Below, one piece after another: positions 28,833 through 38,090 of a stretch of DNA of 64,000 nt. Origin of the DNA: Methanosarcinales archaeon (GTDB lineage: Bacteria; Omnitrophota; Gorgyraeia; Duberdicusellales; 4484-171); assembly GCA_048634245.1 (NCBI GenBank), contig JAIWAR010000002.1, positions 5,418-69,417 on the forward strand. The letters run 5' to 3'. The position numbers and the translations under genes were made by a program. The notes under the pieces were generated by a model. The model saw only the letters and a program-made list of their open reading frames with translations. It was not told the DNA's origin and ran no database searches. Position 1 is the first letter of the stretch; every line of letters starts with the position of its first letter.

Positions 28833-28845
28833 TTAACTAAGTTAA
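28833..28845. promoter_or_regulatory. Perfect 13-bp palindrome TTAACTaAGTTAA, candidate MarR operator
   Basis: Read directly, about 19 bp upstream of the marR start and followed by a related TTAACTA half-site. Confidence 0.4.
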
Positions 28846-28938
28846 CTATTAATCAACTAAAGTATATAGCATATTTCCTCTTTTGTCAAGGCTAATCAAA
28901 GCTCTTGATAATTACTCCTTTACAGATAGAATATAAAG

Positions 28939-30021
28939 ATGAGAAGATATCTTAAATTCTTAGTCATAGCCAGCTTGCTTCTGGGCTTCCGGGCCGAAGC
29001 CGATCCCTTACCCCTAAAAGAAGCTCTATACTGGACGGATTTAGGTGAAAACAAAGTCCAATGCCAACTTTGTCCATGGAGATGCATTTTATCCCCCAAT
29101 CAAAAAGGATTCTGCCGGGGAAGAAAAAACATCAAAGGGAAACTCTATACCCTGAATTATGCTCAACCAATAGCTATCCATGTTGACCCTATCGAGAAAA
29201 AACCTTTAAACCATGTATACCCGGGCACAAAATCTTTTTCTATAGCTACTGCCGGCTGTAATTTGCGCTGTAAATTCTGCCAGAATTGGGAAATCGCTCA
29301 ACTGGACCCTGAGAGTGTAAGCATTGCGCCGGTATCTGCGCAAGAAATAGTCGCGCAAGCTAAAAAAACAAACTCTAAAACCATTGCTTTTACTTACACT
29401 GAACCGATGATATTCTACGAATATATGTTAGATATTGCAAAAATAGCTAAACAGGAAGGCATCAAGTGTGTAATGCATTCGGCCGGCTACGTCAATGAAA
29501 AGCCCTTAAGGGAAATAGCTAAATATCTCACAGCGGCTAATATTGACTTAAAAGGTTTTAGTGATAAATTCTACGCTTCATTTTGCGAAGGAAGCCTTGA
29601 TCCTGTGCTCAACACCTTAAAAATATTAAAAGAAGAAGGCGTTTGGTTAGAAGTAACAAATCTGCTCATCCCCGGTGCAAATGACAGTGATGAAGACATT
29701 ACCCAGCTTTGCAAATGGATTAAAGAAAATTTAGGCCCGGAAACCCCCGTTCACTTCTCAAGATTCTTTCCTCTTTATAAACTCACCAACCTCTCCCCTA
29801 CCCCTTTAAAAACCTTGCTCCGGGCTCAGAAGATTGCTGAAGGAGAAGGAATAAAATTTATCTATATCGGTAATGTCCCCCAGCAGGTAGGTGAAGATAC
29901 TGTTTGTCCCAAATGCGGTAAAATACTTATTAAACGTATTGGCTATAACGTTCTTGAAAATCTGCTAAAAGCCGGCAAATGTCCCTTCTGCGGATATAAA
30001 ATCCCCGGGGTCTGGGACTAA
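28939..30021 (+). CDS. AmmeMemoRadiSam-system radical SAM enzyme with an N-terminal RR-containing signal-peptide-like extension
   Basis: CNLRCKFCQNW radical-SAM CxxxCxxC and the family-specific upstream CQLCPWRC. N-terminus MRRYLKFLVIASLLLGFRAEA-DP. Confidence 0.75.
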   Translation: MRRYLKFLVIASLLLGFRAEADPLPLKEALYWTDLGENKVQCQLCPWRCILSPNQKGFCRGRKNIKGKLYTLNYAQPIAIHVDPIEKKPLNHVYPGTKSFSIATAGCNLRCKFCQNWEIAQLDPESVSIAPVSAQEIVAQAKKTNSKTIAFTYTEPMIFYEYMLDIAKIAKQEGIKCVMHSAGYVNEKPLREIAKYLTAANIDLKGFSDKFYASFCEGSLDPVLNTLKILKEEGVWLEVTNLLIPGANDSDEDITQLCKWIKENLGPETPVHFSRFFPLYKLTNLSPTPLKTLLRAQKIAEGEGIKFIYIGNVPQQVGEDTVCPKCGKILIKRIGYNVLENLLKAGKCPFCGYKIPGVWD

Positions 30022-30101
30022 CCCTGAGCGTCAATTAATATCCAATGTCGAAGGCTGACCCCGTTGTTTGACAATTCCTCATCCAGCCCCAAGAGTGTTT
30101 C

Positions 30102-30971
30102 CTATCTATTTTTTGCTAATGGAAAGGCTTTAATTTGCTTGTATATTTTCTCCTTACGCATTTCTGATAATTTTTTGTCTAACTCAAGAAAGAATACATA
30201 CTTTTCTCCTTTAGCAAAAAAGTGCTTGTCAGAAAAGCTTGTCTTATCCGGAATTCTTACAAACATACGGAAACCGCTTCCTTCGTTTCTTAGGCCTTTA
30301 AGGATACGCTTCCATGGCCAAACCTCAATAACAGGCCAATTTCTAGGATTCATCAATGAGTCTACATTACCGACTCTTGCAAAGACTACAAGAGGAGCAT
30401 GTGTTAATGCTTCTTTTAATTCATTTCTTGTAGCGATATCACCCTTGGCAACTTTAACCTCTTTTAGAATCTTATCGAATACTTCGTCAAATTGAAAATT
30501 AGAACCATATGTAACAAAATCATTAAGTTCTTTTCCAATAATATTTAGAATACTTCGTTCTCTCAAAAGAAAAAATGGTAAATCAAATCTGGAAGGAAGG
30601 CCTTTGTAATCTACAGTCATTTTAGCTTGCTTCTCATTCAGTTTCTTGATAACGAAAATGTTCTCTTCACCACCTATCTGATAAAACCATGCTTTAAACT
30701 TTAATTCTCTTTCAGGAATATACAATTCTGTTTCAATAGCATAAATGGTAGATTCATCAAGAAAATTCGGGCCCCAGACTCCTGGATGGTATTCTGCTTC
30801 ACCTCCACAGGCCGTAACATCAAGGGTAAATTTCGTTGAGAGATAATTAACGATATCTGAAAAAGAATGTTCGTATATTCGAGATTGTGATTTCCATATC
30901 ACGCCAGTAACAAAAATTATTGCAATAACAACAATAAATAAAAACTTTCGCTTATATTTGGCTAGATTCAT
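30102..30971 (-). CDS. Hypothetical N-terminally membrane-anchored protein in an AT-rich segment
   Basis: N-terminal TM FLFIVVIAIIFVTGVIW. No recognised domain. Confidence 0.4.
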   Translation of the reverse strand: MNLAKYKRKFLFIVVIAIIFVTGVIWKSQSRIYEHSFSDIVNYLSTKFTLDVTACGGEAEYHPGVWGPNFLDESTIYAIETELYIPERELKFKAWFYQIGGEENIFVIKKLNEKQAKMTVDYKGLPSRFDLPFFLLRERSILNIIGKELNDFVTYGSNFQFDEVFDKILKEVKVAKGDIATRNELKEALTHAPLVVFARVGNVDSLMNPRNWPVIEVWPWKRILKGLRNEGSGFRMFVRIPDKTSFSDKHFFAKGEKYVFFLELDKKLSEMRKEKIYKQIKAFPLAKNR

Positions 30972-31190
30972 GTTCCTCTACCTCCTTCCCTCCCAATTAT
31001 ATCACCGCAATCTTAAGATTGTAAACAAGTTAGCGACTGGATTTATATGTATAGACAAGGGAAATTATCGGTCTTTTTATATTCTGCAGCTAATTTTCCT
31101 ATTTCGCAAGGATTATTTTGTTTTATGTTATTTAAGAATTAAAAGTGGGCTCCTTAAAATGGTATATTTTAAGAAAAAGGAGGTTCCAAG

Positions 31191-31367
31191 ATGGCTCAAA
31201 TCCACAAAAATTTCACTGATTCTCAGATCAAAGATCTTTTTAACCGCTATATCCGCAAGGAAATACCTAGAAAATATATTCTTGAGGTTCTTGGTATAAA
31301 GAAGAGCCGTTTGGCTGTTCTTCTTAAGCAATATAAAAAGAATCCTCAAGAATTCTCTATCCGTTAA
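31191..31367 (+). CDS. 58-aa HTH-like protein, possibly an N-terminal remnant of a transposase-type DNA-binding domain
   Basis: Not in the ORF track (<60 aa). Strong AAGGAGG SD 7 nt before the ATG. The sequence MAQIHKNFTDSQIKDLFNRYIRKEIPRKYILEVLGIKKSRLAVLLKQYKKNPQEFSIR has an HTH pattern. Confidence 0.4.
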   Translation: MAQIHKNFTDSQIKDLFNRYIRKEIPRKYILEVLGIKKSRLAVLLKQYKKNPQEFSIR

Positions 31368-31374
31368 ATTGATT

Positions 31375-31414
31375 AAAGCCAGGCTTTAATCCGTAAAAAA
31401 GCCTGGCTTTGGTT
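31375..31414 (+). terminator. Candidate intrinsic terminator hairpin (aaagccaggcttt ... aaagcctggcttt) after the small HTH gene
   Basis: Exact 13-nt inverted arms, a 10-nt loop, then a weak U-rich run. Confidence 0.4.
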
Positions 31415-31502
31415 AATACGATTCTCTAATATTCTATTCATAGCTTAAAAGAATATTTCAGACGTATTTCAAACCCTTTTATTAAATTCTCGGGGGGTGG
31501 GA

Positions 31503-33623
31503 TTAATTAAAACATTCTTTTAGGCCCCAGACGAAAATTAGGAAGATGATCATTAGTAGGCTGAGTTGTACTCCCAGGAAGGGGATGAAAAAAATGGAAA
31601 AGATAAAAGTGCCCAGAGCTGCTCCGGCTAAATCGGCAGTATAGATAGATGCTGCTAAATTTTTGGGATTGGCTTGATTAGCTAACATAAGTTTACTGAG
31701 GATAGGGTATAGGGAGCCGGTAAGTACGCCTGAAATAAACGAATAACCATAGAAGATAAATTCAGCATAAGGGTGTTGCCCCAAAAACCTTATTCCGGCC
31801 ACAAAGAAAATCAGGAATAAAAACCAGAGAAAATAAAAAACCGGCAGCGGCCGCTTGATTTTAAATATCTTCTCAAGGTTTAAATTTATTAAAAATGCGC
31901 CCACACTTAAGCCGGCCATAAATATCCCGGTTAAAATACCCAACTTCCAGAAAAGAGCACCGGAATAAAGCTGAAACAGCACAAAAATTACTGCGCTCAA
32001 ACCGATAGATGAAAAGCCTACTATTGAAGCATTAGGCAGGAGCAAAACTTTTTTGCTTGATGCGCCGAAGCCACTAATAAAAAGAGCCAAAATTACAAAA
32101 ATAATCGCTATAAGATTTCTTACTTTAGGAATATTTATTAAAAGGCGCGGGTAAAATTTTGCCTGCTCGATTAAAGAATAATAGAGAAATCCTTGAGGAT
32201 TAAAATCGCTGTTTATATCAACTCCCTTCTCCAGCTTACTTTTAAGATAATTCATGCGCTCCTCATCAAGAGAATATTTAAGATGATGGATAGTAAAATA
32301 ATCCGTAAGGATATTGTGAGCTTGGAAATTTTTTATTAAATCACCGGGGCTGATATTCTTATTTAAACTAGCAATAATAATCATTGAATCTGAGGGAATA
32401 AGCAGCCAATTACCAAAGGCGAGATCTAACGTATTTATAATACAAGAGTTAAACTGGGCAATTCGCGGACTCAAAATATCAGCCCTGGAAGGTATCCTGA
32501 AGGAAAAAATGCCACGGCCGGTTAAATGCTCTCCAATAAGCTTAAAAAACTCCAAAGAAAAGTAGCGGTTAAGGGCTATGTTTGAGGGGGCGGGCATATT
32601 CATAATTATACAATCATACTTCTTTTCAGTTTCACTAAGGTAAAGACGAGGGTCATCAACAATAAAGTTAACTTTCTCTTTTTCTTTAAGTTTAACTCTA
32701 CCCCTGCTTAAAGCGGAAAGAACAGGATTTATATCTAAACAATCCAGAGTGTTTATCTTATATTTTAATATCTCTTGAACCTGGCCGGAAAAATAAGAAC
32801 CGATAAAAAGAACATCTTTGATTCCGGAGCGGGCAGAAAAAACACTATGAATAAACTCTTCATCCCCTGCTTTATCCTCACTGGTTGCAACCTGCGAACC
32901 ATTAACATATAAAGATTCTACGCCGAACTTTTTTGCTAAAATAACCGGGCCGTAATTCGAGCCTTTAGAGATAAGAATATCAGCTCCTTTAAGTTCCGCT
33001 TTTAGAATCGGATTAAAACTAAGTGAAAAAACAATACTTAAAAAAATTATTATTAGCGAAGAGATTAACTTTATTTTAGGCTTGATATCCGGAATCAACA
33101 GGAACACAAAACTTAAAAAACTAAAAATAAAGGGGTTGGAATAAGAAGAAAGAAAAAAGGTAAAAATAAGCCCGCCGATAAAAAACCCCAAGGCTTCATA
33201 GGCAAAGAATTTCCCAAAAGTCTTCTCCCCAAAGGCTTGCTTATTTAAATAATGACGGCTGAAAATACAGAATGAATAGCCAATTAAGAAACTAACCGGG
33301 CTAATAAGAAAAAAAGCGGCGATAAAAACAAAACCTAAACTTGCCGCCTCATAGTAGGCTAAGCCAACTAAAGTTTTAACCAGATGAATAGAGCCAATCA
33401 CCAGCGAGAAAACCAAGGCAAAAAGAGGCGCCAGGCTCACCAGAGACAAAGTCTTCTTATTCTTAGCTATTCGGCTTCCTAAGGAACAGAAAATAAGCCA
33501 TATCCCTACTCCCAGGATGAAGCTAAATTCATTCTTAGCTAAGGAATAAGTAAACTCCCTGAAAATTGTTAGCTGAAATATTGAGCTGACTATCCCTAAA
33601 AATACAAAAATTAACATGGACAA
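31503..33623 (-). CDS. Polytopic membrane protein with an embedded spermidine-synthase-like (aminopropyltransferase fold) domain
   Basis: TM-rich N- and C-terminal regions flank a central LFIGSYFSGQVQE...DCIIMNMPAPS...LTGRGIF segment typical of the spermidine synthase/methyltransferase fold. Confidence 0.55.
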   Translation of the reverse strand: MSMLIFVFLGIVSSIFQLTIFREFTYSLAKNEFSFILGVGIWLIFCSLGSRIAKNKKTLSLVSLAPLFALVFSLVIGSIHLVKTLVGLAYYEAASLGFVFIAAFFLISPVSFLIGYSFCIFSRHYLNKQAFGEKTFGKFFAYEALGFFIGGLIFTFFLSSYSNPFIFSFLSFVFLLIPDIKPKIKLISSLIIIFLSIVFSLSFNPILKAELKGADILISKGSNYGPVILAKKFGVESLYVNGSQVATSEDKAGDEEFIHSVFSARSGIKDVLFIGSYFSGQVQEILKYKINTLDCLDINPVLSALSRGRVKLKEKEKVNFIVDDPRLYLSETEKKYDCIIMNMPAPSNIALNRYFSLEFFKLIGEHLTGRGIFSFRIPSRADILSPRIAQFNSCIINTLDLAFGNWLLIPSDSMIIIASLNKNISPGDLIKNFQAHNILTDYFTIHHLKYSLDEERMNYLKSKLEKGVDINSDFNPQGFLYYSLIEQAKFYPRLLINIPKVRNLIAIIFVILALFISGFGASSKKVLLLPNASIVGFSSIGLSAVIFVLFQLYSGALFWKLGILTGIFMAGLSVGAFLINLNLEKIFKIKRPLPVFYFLWFLFLIFFVAGIRFLGQHPYAEFIFYGYSFISGVLTGSLYPILSKLMLANQANPKNLAASIYTADLAGAALGTFIFSIFFIPFLGVQLSLLMIIFLIFVWGLKECFN

Positions 33624-34308
33624 CTCCCCCCTTAACTCTTATATTAAGAGTATAACAGAGATGAAAGAAAATCTATATTATTTATTTCTTAGTGGATTAA
33701 TTTTAGGCTCAGGGCCCTGTTTGGCCTTCTGCGCACCGATATTAGTCAGCTACACAGCTATCCATAAAAAAACCTTTAAAGATTCATTTTTTTCCTATCT
33801 GGTATTTTCCTTATGCAAACTCCTAAGTTACGCCGTCTTAGGACTCCTCTGTGCTCTGGGGGTCAAAATAATAAACACCCCCTTAGGAGCAAAATATTTA
33901 GATTCTATTTACTTAGGTTTAGGGTATTTTATTGTTCTAATCGGGGTAGCGACTATCTTTCACAAAGGGAAAAAGCTTACTTCAATCTGCAGCTGGTTAA
34001 ATAAAGGGAATATTAAAAATGTAGGCATCCTGGGACTATTAATCGGATTTACGCCCTGTCTTCCCCTTTTGGGAATATTAAACTATATTATAATCATCTC
34101 CAAAAATATTCCCCAATCAATCATCTTTTCGCTAGTATTTGGCCTGGGAACGGTTATTTCTCCTCTATTCATTTTAGTTCTAATTTCGGGTAAATTAGTT
34201 GATCAATTCTCGAAAAATAATATATTTAAAGCGGTTATTAGAATTGTCTGCGGGCTGATTCTCTTACTCTTGGGAGGAAGAATTATTCTTCAAATACTTC
34301 TGCGCTAA
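33616..34308 (+). CDS. CcdA/DsbD-like transmembrane thiol-disulfide electron transporter family protein (putative)
   Basis: Two TM Cys motifs, GSGPCLAFCAP and GFTPCLPLLG, resembling the CcdA SPC/TPC pair; 6 predicted TM segments. Confidence 0.45.
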   Translation: MDNSPLNSYIKSITEMKENLYYLFLSGLILGSGPCLAFCAPILVSYTAIHKKTFKDSFFSYLVFSLCKLLSYAVLGLLCALGVKIINTPLGAKYLDSIYLGLGYFIVLIGVATIFHKGKKLTSICSWLNKGNIKNVGILGLLIGFTPCLPLLGILNYIIIISKNIPQSIIFSLVFGLGTVISPLFILVLISGKLVDQFSKNNIFKAVIRIVCGLILLLLGGRIILQILLR

Positions 34309-35743
34309 ATATATAGATATCGCACTCACCTTTTTTCCAGGCATCCGGCGCCATTTGAGCCTTATGTCCGCAGAGGCTATTCATAAACTCTTCTTTATTC
34401 CAGCCGGTCTCAGTTGCTACTTGAGGCAGGTATACTCCACTGCGAAAGTTATCTCTTACCAGAACTCCATGTTTACCCAAAATTATTTCCTCTGGGCCGG
34501 TAATTTTTTTTAAAGGAGAAAGAACCGATATCTCGATATGAATATCCTTTAACTCTTCTTTAGTTACGGGCGGAAACCGGGAATCCCGGGTTGATGCGGC
34601 AATAGCCATATCCCTTGCCCCCAGATAAAGAGGCTCAGTACCGACAATATTTCCAATACAGCCCCGAAGCTGATGGTTACGGCGTAAAGTAACGAAAATA
34701 CCCATTACCGTTTTAAAAACTTCATCCTCAGGCTCCCTTTCCAATATCTTTCCCTCATTTAAATAAAGAGTAATGGTATCACGGACTAATTTAAGTAATT
34801 CTTCTTTTTGCCGTTTATTTAAAAGTTCTGCCATCTCTTCACTCTCCTTTATTCTATCAGGCTCTTTTCTTATCATTATTGCCGATAGATAGCCTACCAC
34901 TCTTTCTTTGTCCTGACCGGCTTTAGACGAATTTGACCTTTTTAATACTTTTAACTTATTTGCGCCTAATTTTTTTGCGGCAATCATTACTGAGACAACC
35001 GGCCCTAAACCACACATACGGTTTTGTCCGTAGGCTGCGAAAAATAAAGCTTTGGGGTCCATTTCGCTTATTAAGCCTATAGTTTCAATGTCGGTTTTTT
35101 CAGCTTGAGGAAGAGAAAGATAATGACTCATATCGGTGCTGGCGATAATTAAAAAATTATCCCTTCCCGCTAAAAGCTCTCCCAGGGCATCCCCTAATAT
35201 CCTGCAATTTTCCCAACTCTGGCGGCCGAGAGCTAAAAGCAAAACTTTCGGTTCATTAAAAGCTGTTTGGATAAATGGCAGAATAAGTTCTATTGAATTC
35301 TCATCTTTAAATGCTTTGGGATAGGTAAAAAATTTCTCATGAGCTAAAGATATCTTTTCTGTCAGTTCCGTATCAGCGGTTAGAATTCCCAGCGGCGTTT
35401 TAAACCCTTCATCAGAAAAAACCGCTATACCGTCAAAATCAATCCTATGACTAAAGCCTACCAAAATTACAGTATCGACTTTTTTATTCTTTAATGCCTT
35501 AAACCCATAGGCAGCCGCGTCTCCGGAATAAATCAACCCGGCATGGGGGCAGATTAAAGCAATATTCTTATCTTCCGAAGGTTCAACTTTAGCATTTTTC
35601 AAATAATTATTTATATCTTTTTTAAGTATCTGAGGATCGTCAGGATACCAGGAACCGGCAAGATCAGCCTCTTTGATACTTTGGGCAAAAACACCGCTAA
35701 AAATAATAAGAAAACATAAACTTAAAAAGATAAACTTAGCCAT
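34283..35743 (-). CDS. Fused AmmeMemoRadiSam protein B (Memo-like) and protein A (AMMECR1 domain), with a Sec-type signal peptide
   Basis: N-terminus MAKFIFLSLCFLIIFSGVFA-QS. Memo motifs WYPDD...CPHAGLIYSG. C-terminal AMMECR1 LRGCIGNIVGTEPL. Confidence 0.75.
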   Translation of the reverse strand: MAKFIFLSLCFLIIFSGVFAQSIKEADLAGSWYPDDPQILKKDINNYLKNAKVEPSEDKNIALICPHAGLIYSGDAAAYGFKALKNKKVDTVILVGFSHRIDFDGIAVFSDEGFKTPLGILTADTELTEKISLAHEKFFTYPKAFKDENSIELILPFIQTAFNEPKVLLLALGRQSWENCRILGDALGELLAGRDNFLIIASTDMSHYLSLPQAEKTDIETIGLISEMDPKALFFAAYGQNRMCGLGPVVSVMIAAKKLGANKLKVLKRSNSSKAGQDKERVVGYLSAIMIRKEPDRIKESEEMAELLNKRQKEELLKLVRDTITLYLNEGKILEREPEDEVFKTVMGIFVTLRRNHQLRGCIGNIVGTEPLYLGARDMAIAASTRDSRFPPVTKEELKDIHIEISVLSPLKKITGPEEIILGKHGVLVRDNFRSGVYLPQVATETGWNKEEFMNSLCGHKAQMAPDAWKKGECDIYIFSAEVFEE

Positions 35744-35768
35744 TTAATAACCTCCGGCAATAAATGAA

Positions 35769-36023
35769 TTAGAAATAAAGAGTATCTTTACTTCTTAAAT
35801 CAGACCGGTTAAGATGCTTAACTGAAAGATTGACCTTTTCTTTTTCTTTAGCCCGGGGAATCTGATAGCCGTCTTTTTCAATTTTTACTACTGTAAACTT
35901 TTTACCCATAGAAGTCACGCCAATAGAGCCCTCAACAACCTCACCGGACTCTACGGACCCGGTAATAATACAGCTTATACCGCTTATGCTATGGTAATCC
36001 TTTACGGAAAATTCTGCCCCCAT
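35769..36023 (-). CDS. Small hypothetical beta-rich protein
   Basis: ORF only. Confidence 0.3.
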   Translation of the reverse strand: MGAEFSVKDYHSISGISCIITGSVESGEVVEGSIGVTSMGKKFTVVKIEKDGYQIPRAKEKEKVNLSVKHLNRSDLRSKDTLYF

Positions 36024-36030
36024 ACCCCTC

Positions 36031-37047
36031 CTATTCGTTTGCTCTCTCTAAACCGAGAGCTAATATTTTTTGAATCAGCTTATTATAAAGAATGCCGGCT
36101 TTAGCTGCTGATTGCCCTAATTCATCATACTCGTCTAAACAAGGATTAGCATTAGCTTCAATAATGTATATTTTAGAATCTGAGGTTATTCTTATGTCAA
36201 AACGAGCATAGCACTGCATATTTAATGCCTTATACGTACGCTTACAAACCTCTTCTATCTTTTCAGTTAATCCGTTAGGCAGCCTTCCGGCAAAAACATT
36301 TTTTATCCCCCACTTCTGACGATAATCATAATCCCACTTCGCCTTATAAGTAGCAATTCTTGGTTCGTCTCCGCCAACTTCTCCAAATTTCATCTCCCGT
36401 AAAGGCAAAACTTTAATCCTCTTATTACCTAATACGCCAACATAAAATTCCCTCCCCTCTATGTACTCCTCGACTATAGCATCATCCTTTACACTTTCAT
36501 GAATAAACTTAACCCTCTCAAACAGGGAATCCTCACTATCAACGACTGAAGCCTGAGATATGCCTCGAGAGGCTTCCTCACGAAGAGGCTTTACGATAAG
36601 CGGCAGCTTAAGCCGCTTAGGCAGCCATACTTTATGTTTCTTGTAAAAAGTATAAAAATGCGGAGTTTTTATCCTATGAAAGCTTAAAATTTTCTTGCTT
36701 AAAGCTTTATTACCGCAAATAAGCAGGCTGGCCGGCGAAGCCCCGGTATAAGGAATCCCCAACATCTCTAATACCGCGGCAACATTTTTATCAAGATAGG
36801 ACTTCTGATTAAATACTTCGGCCCCATTAAATATAATATCAGGCCTATTCTCCTTAACCTCTTCCAGTAAAATATTAATATCGTTATACAACCCCAAAAA
36901 AGTTACCGTGTGGCCGGAAGCTAAAAGAGCCTTATAGATATCAGCCTCAGCACCCCAGTCAAGCTCCTTAAATTCCTTAACAAAATCATAGCCTCTGGGG
37001 GTAAAATAAGGGCTGTCAAAAAGCTGAAGAACCTTTAGTTTTTTCAT
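36031..37047 (-). CDS. ATP-grasp family ligase (D-Ala-D-Ala ligase/RimK-like fold)
   Basis: ATP-grasp pattern (ICGNKALSKKIL..., EEYIEGREFYVGVLGN..., IIEANANP). Confidence 0.65.
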   Translation of the reverse strand: MKKLKVLQLFDSPYFTPRGYDFVKEFKELDWGAEADIYKALLASGHTVTFLGLYNDINILLEEVKENRPDIIFNGAEVFNQKSYLDKNVAAVLEMLGIPYTGASPASLLICGNKALSKKILSFHRIKTPHFYTFYKKHKVWLPKRLKLPLIVKPLREEASRGISQASVVDSEDSLFERVKFIHESVKDDAIVEEYIEGREFYVGVLGNKRIKVLPLREMKFGEVGGDEPRIATYKAKWDYDYRQKWGIKNVFAGRLPNGLTEKIEEVCKRTYKALNMQCYARFDIRITSDSKIYIIEANANPCLDEYDELGQSAAKAGILYNKLIQKILALGLERANE

Positions 37048-38087
37048 CCTTCCCGGCGAAAGCCTCCCGTATACAGGTAATTCATAACTAAAGCAGTAAT
37101 ATAAGTAGAGATTTTCAACACGGCCAATGATTCAGACTCACTCGAATAAAGTCCTAAAGCCTTACAGCGCTGAATTATAATATCCAAAAGGCTGTTTATA
37201 ATATATTTTTTTTCACCGGTCCACTTAGCCGTATTATTTAAAATGTCTTTTTTATACCTTCTTATAGTATTAGCGGCGGAGGATTCTTTATTCTTCTTAC
37301 AAAGATTGCTCTCTGATGATTCTGAAAACAGAAATATCTTTTTTAAATTAGAATCATGAAAGTCCGGAAAATCTTCCATATAAAAACGGCGTTTTTTCTT
37401 ATAAAAATTCCTTAAGGTTATACGCATCCGGGAAGACTCCCAATACTTCCGGCCCCCCTTAACTAAAGGCTCCTTACCTTTAACTTCCCCCATTAATTCA
37501 TCCACATAGCTGAGTTTTCGCATTGCTTTCCATCCTTTATATTGAGCCGGCCAGTTCAAATCAGGAGTAAGCCAAACAGCAAATGTTTCAGCAAAATCTT
37601 CGTCAGGATGATACTGAGCGTAGTAGTCCTCCAGGTGCCTTACAAAATTCTTGCTATAAGGCCTAAAACGGTAGGTATCATCATACTGTTGAGAAAATTG
37701 GCCAAAAACTTTCTGCCATTTTTTCCTTCGGTATAGCTTGTATGCATAATTTAGAGCATGTCCGGTTTCATGGCGCAACAGTTTTAGGCACCAGGAGCGG
37801 GTGCCTCCCTCAGCATCTAGCACCATTTTCTTTTCTAACTTGATTAAGGCCGGGTGGGCTAAAAAGAAAGGGATACCAACTACCGGCTCTTTATCCGGAG
37901 CAAGCCACTCATCAGCTAAATAGCACAGGGGTTTAAAGTTAAACCCTTTACCCTCTAACTCCCGATAGAGCTCTTTTACGCATTCTTCCAGCCAGGTTCC
38001 TTCCAGATGTAAAGGCAGCTCGCAAACTCTTAAATCAAGGAGTTCCTCTTCTGTGAGTTTTGATAGATTGACATTCTTCTTGGGCAT
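37044..38087 (-). CDS. Putative zinc metallopeptidase-like protein (HExxH), translationally coupled to the ATP-grasp gene
   Basis: LRHETGHAL HExxH motif. A 4-bp overlap with the downstream ATP-grasp gene. Confidence 0.45.
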   Translation of the reverse strand: MPKKNVNLSKLTEEELLDLRVCELPLHLEGTWLEECVKELYRELEGKGFNFKPLCYLADEWLAPDKEPVVGIPFFLAHPALIKLEKKMVLDAEGGTRSWCLKLLRHETGHALNYAYKLYRRKKWQKVFGQFSQQYDDTYRFRPYSKNFVRHLEDYYAQYHPDEDFAETFAVWLTPDLNWPAQYKGWKAMRKLSYVDELMGEVKGKEPLVKGGRKYWESSRMRITLRNFYKKKRRFYMEDFPDFHDSNLKKIFLFSESSESNLCKKNKESSAANTIRRYKKDILNNTAKWTGEKKYIINSLLDIIIQRCKALGLYSSESESLAVLKISTYITALVMNYLYTGGFRREG

Positions 38088-38090
38088 CTA

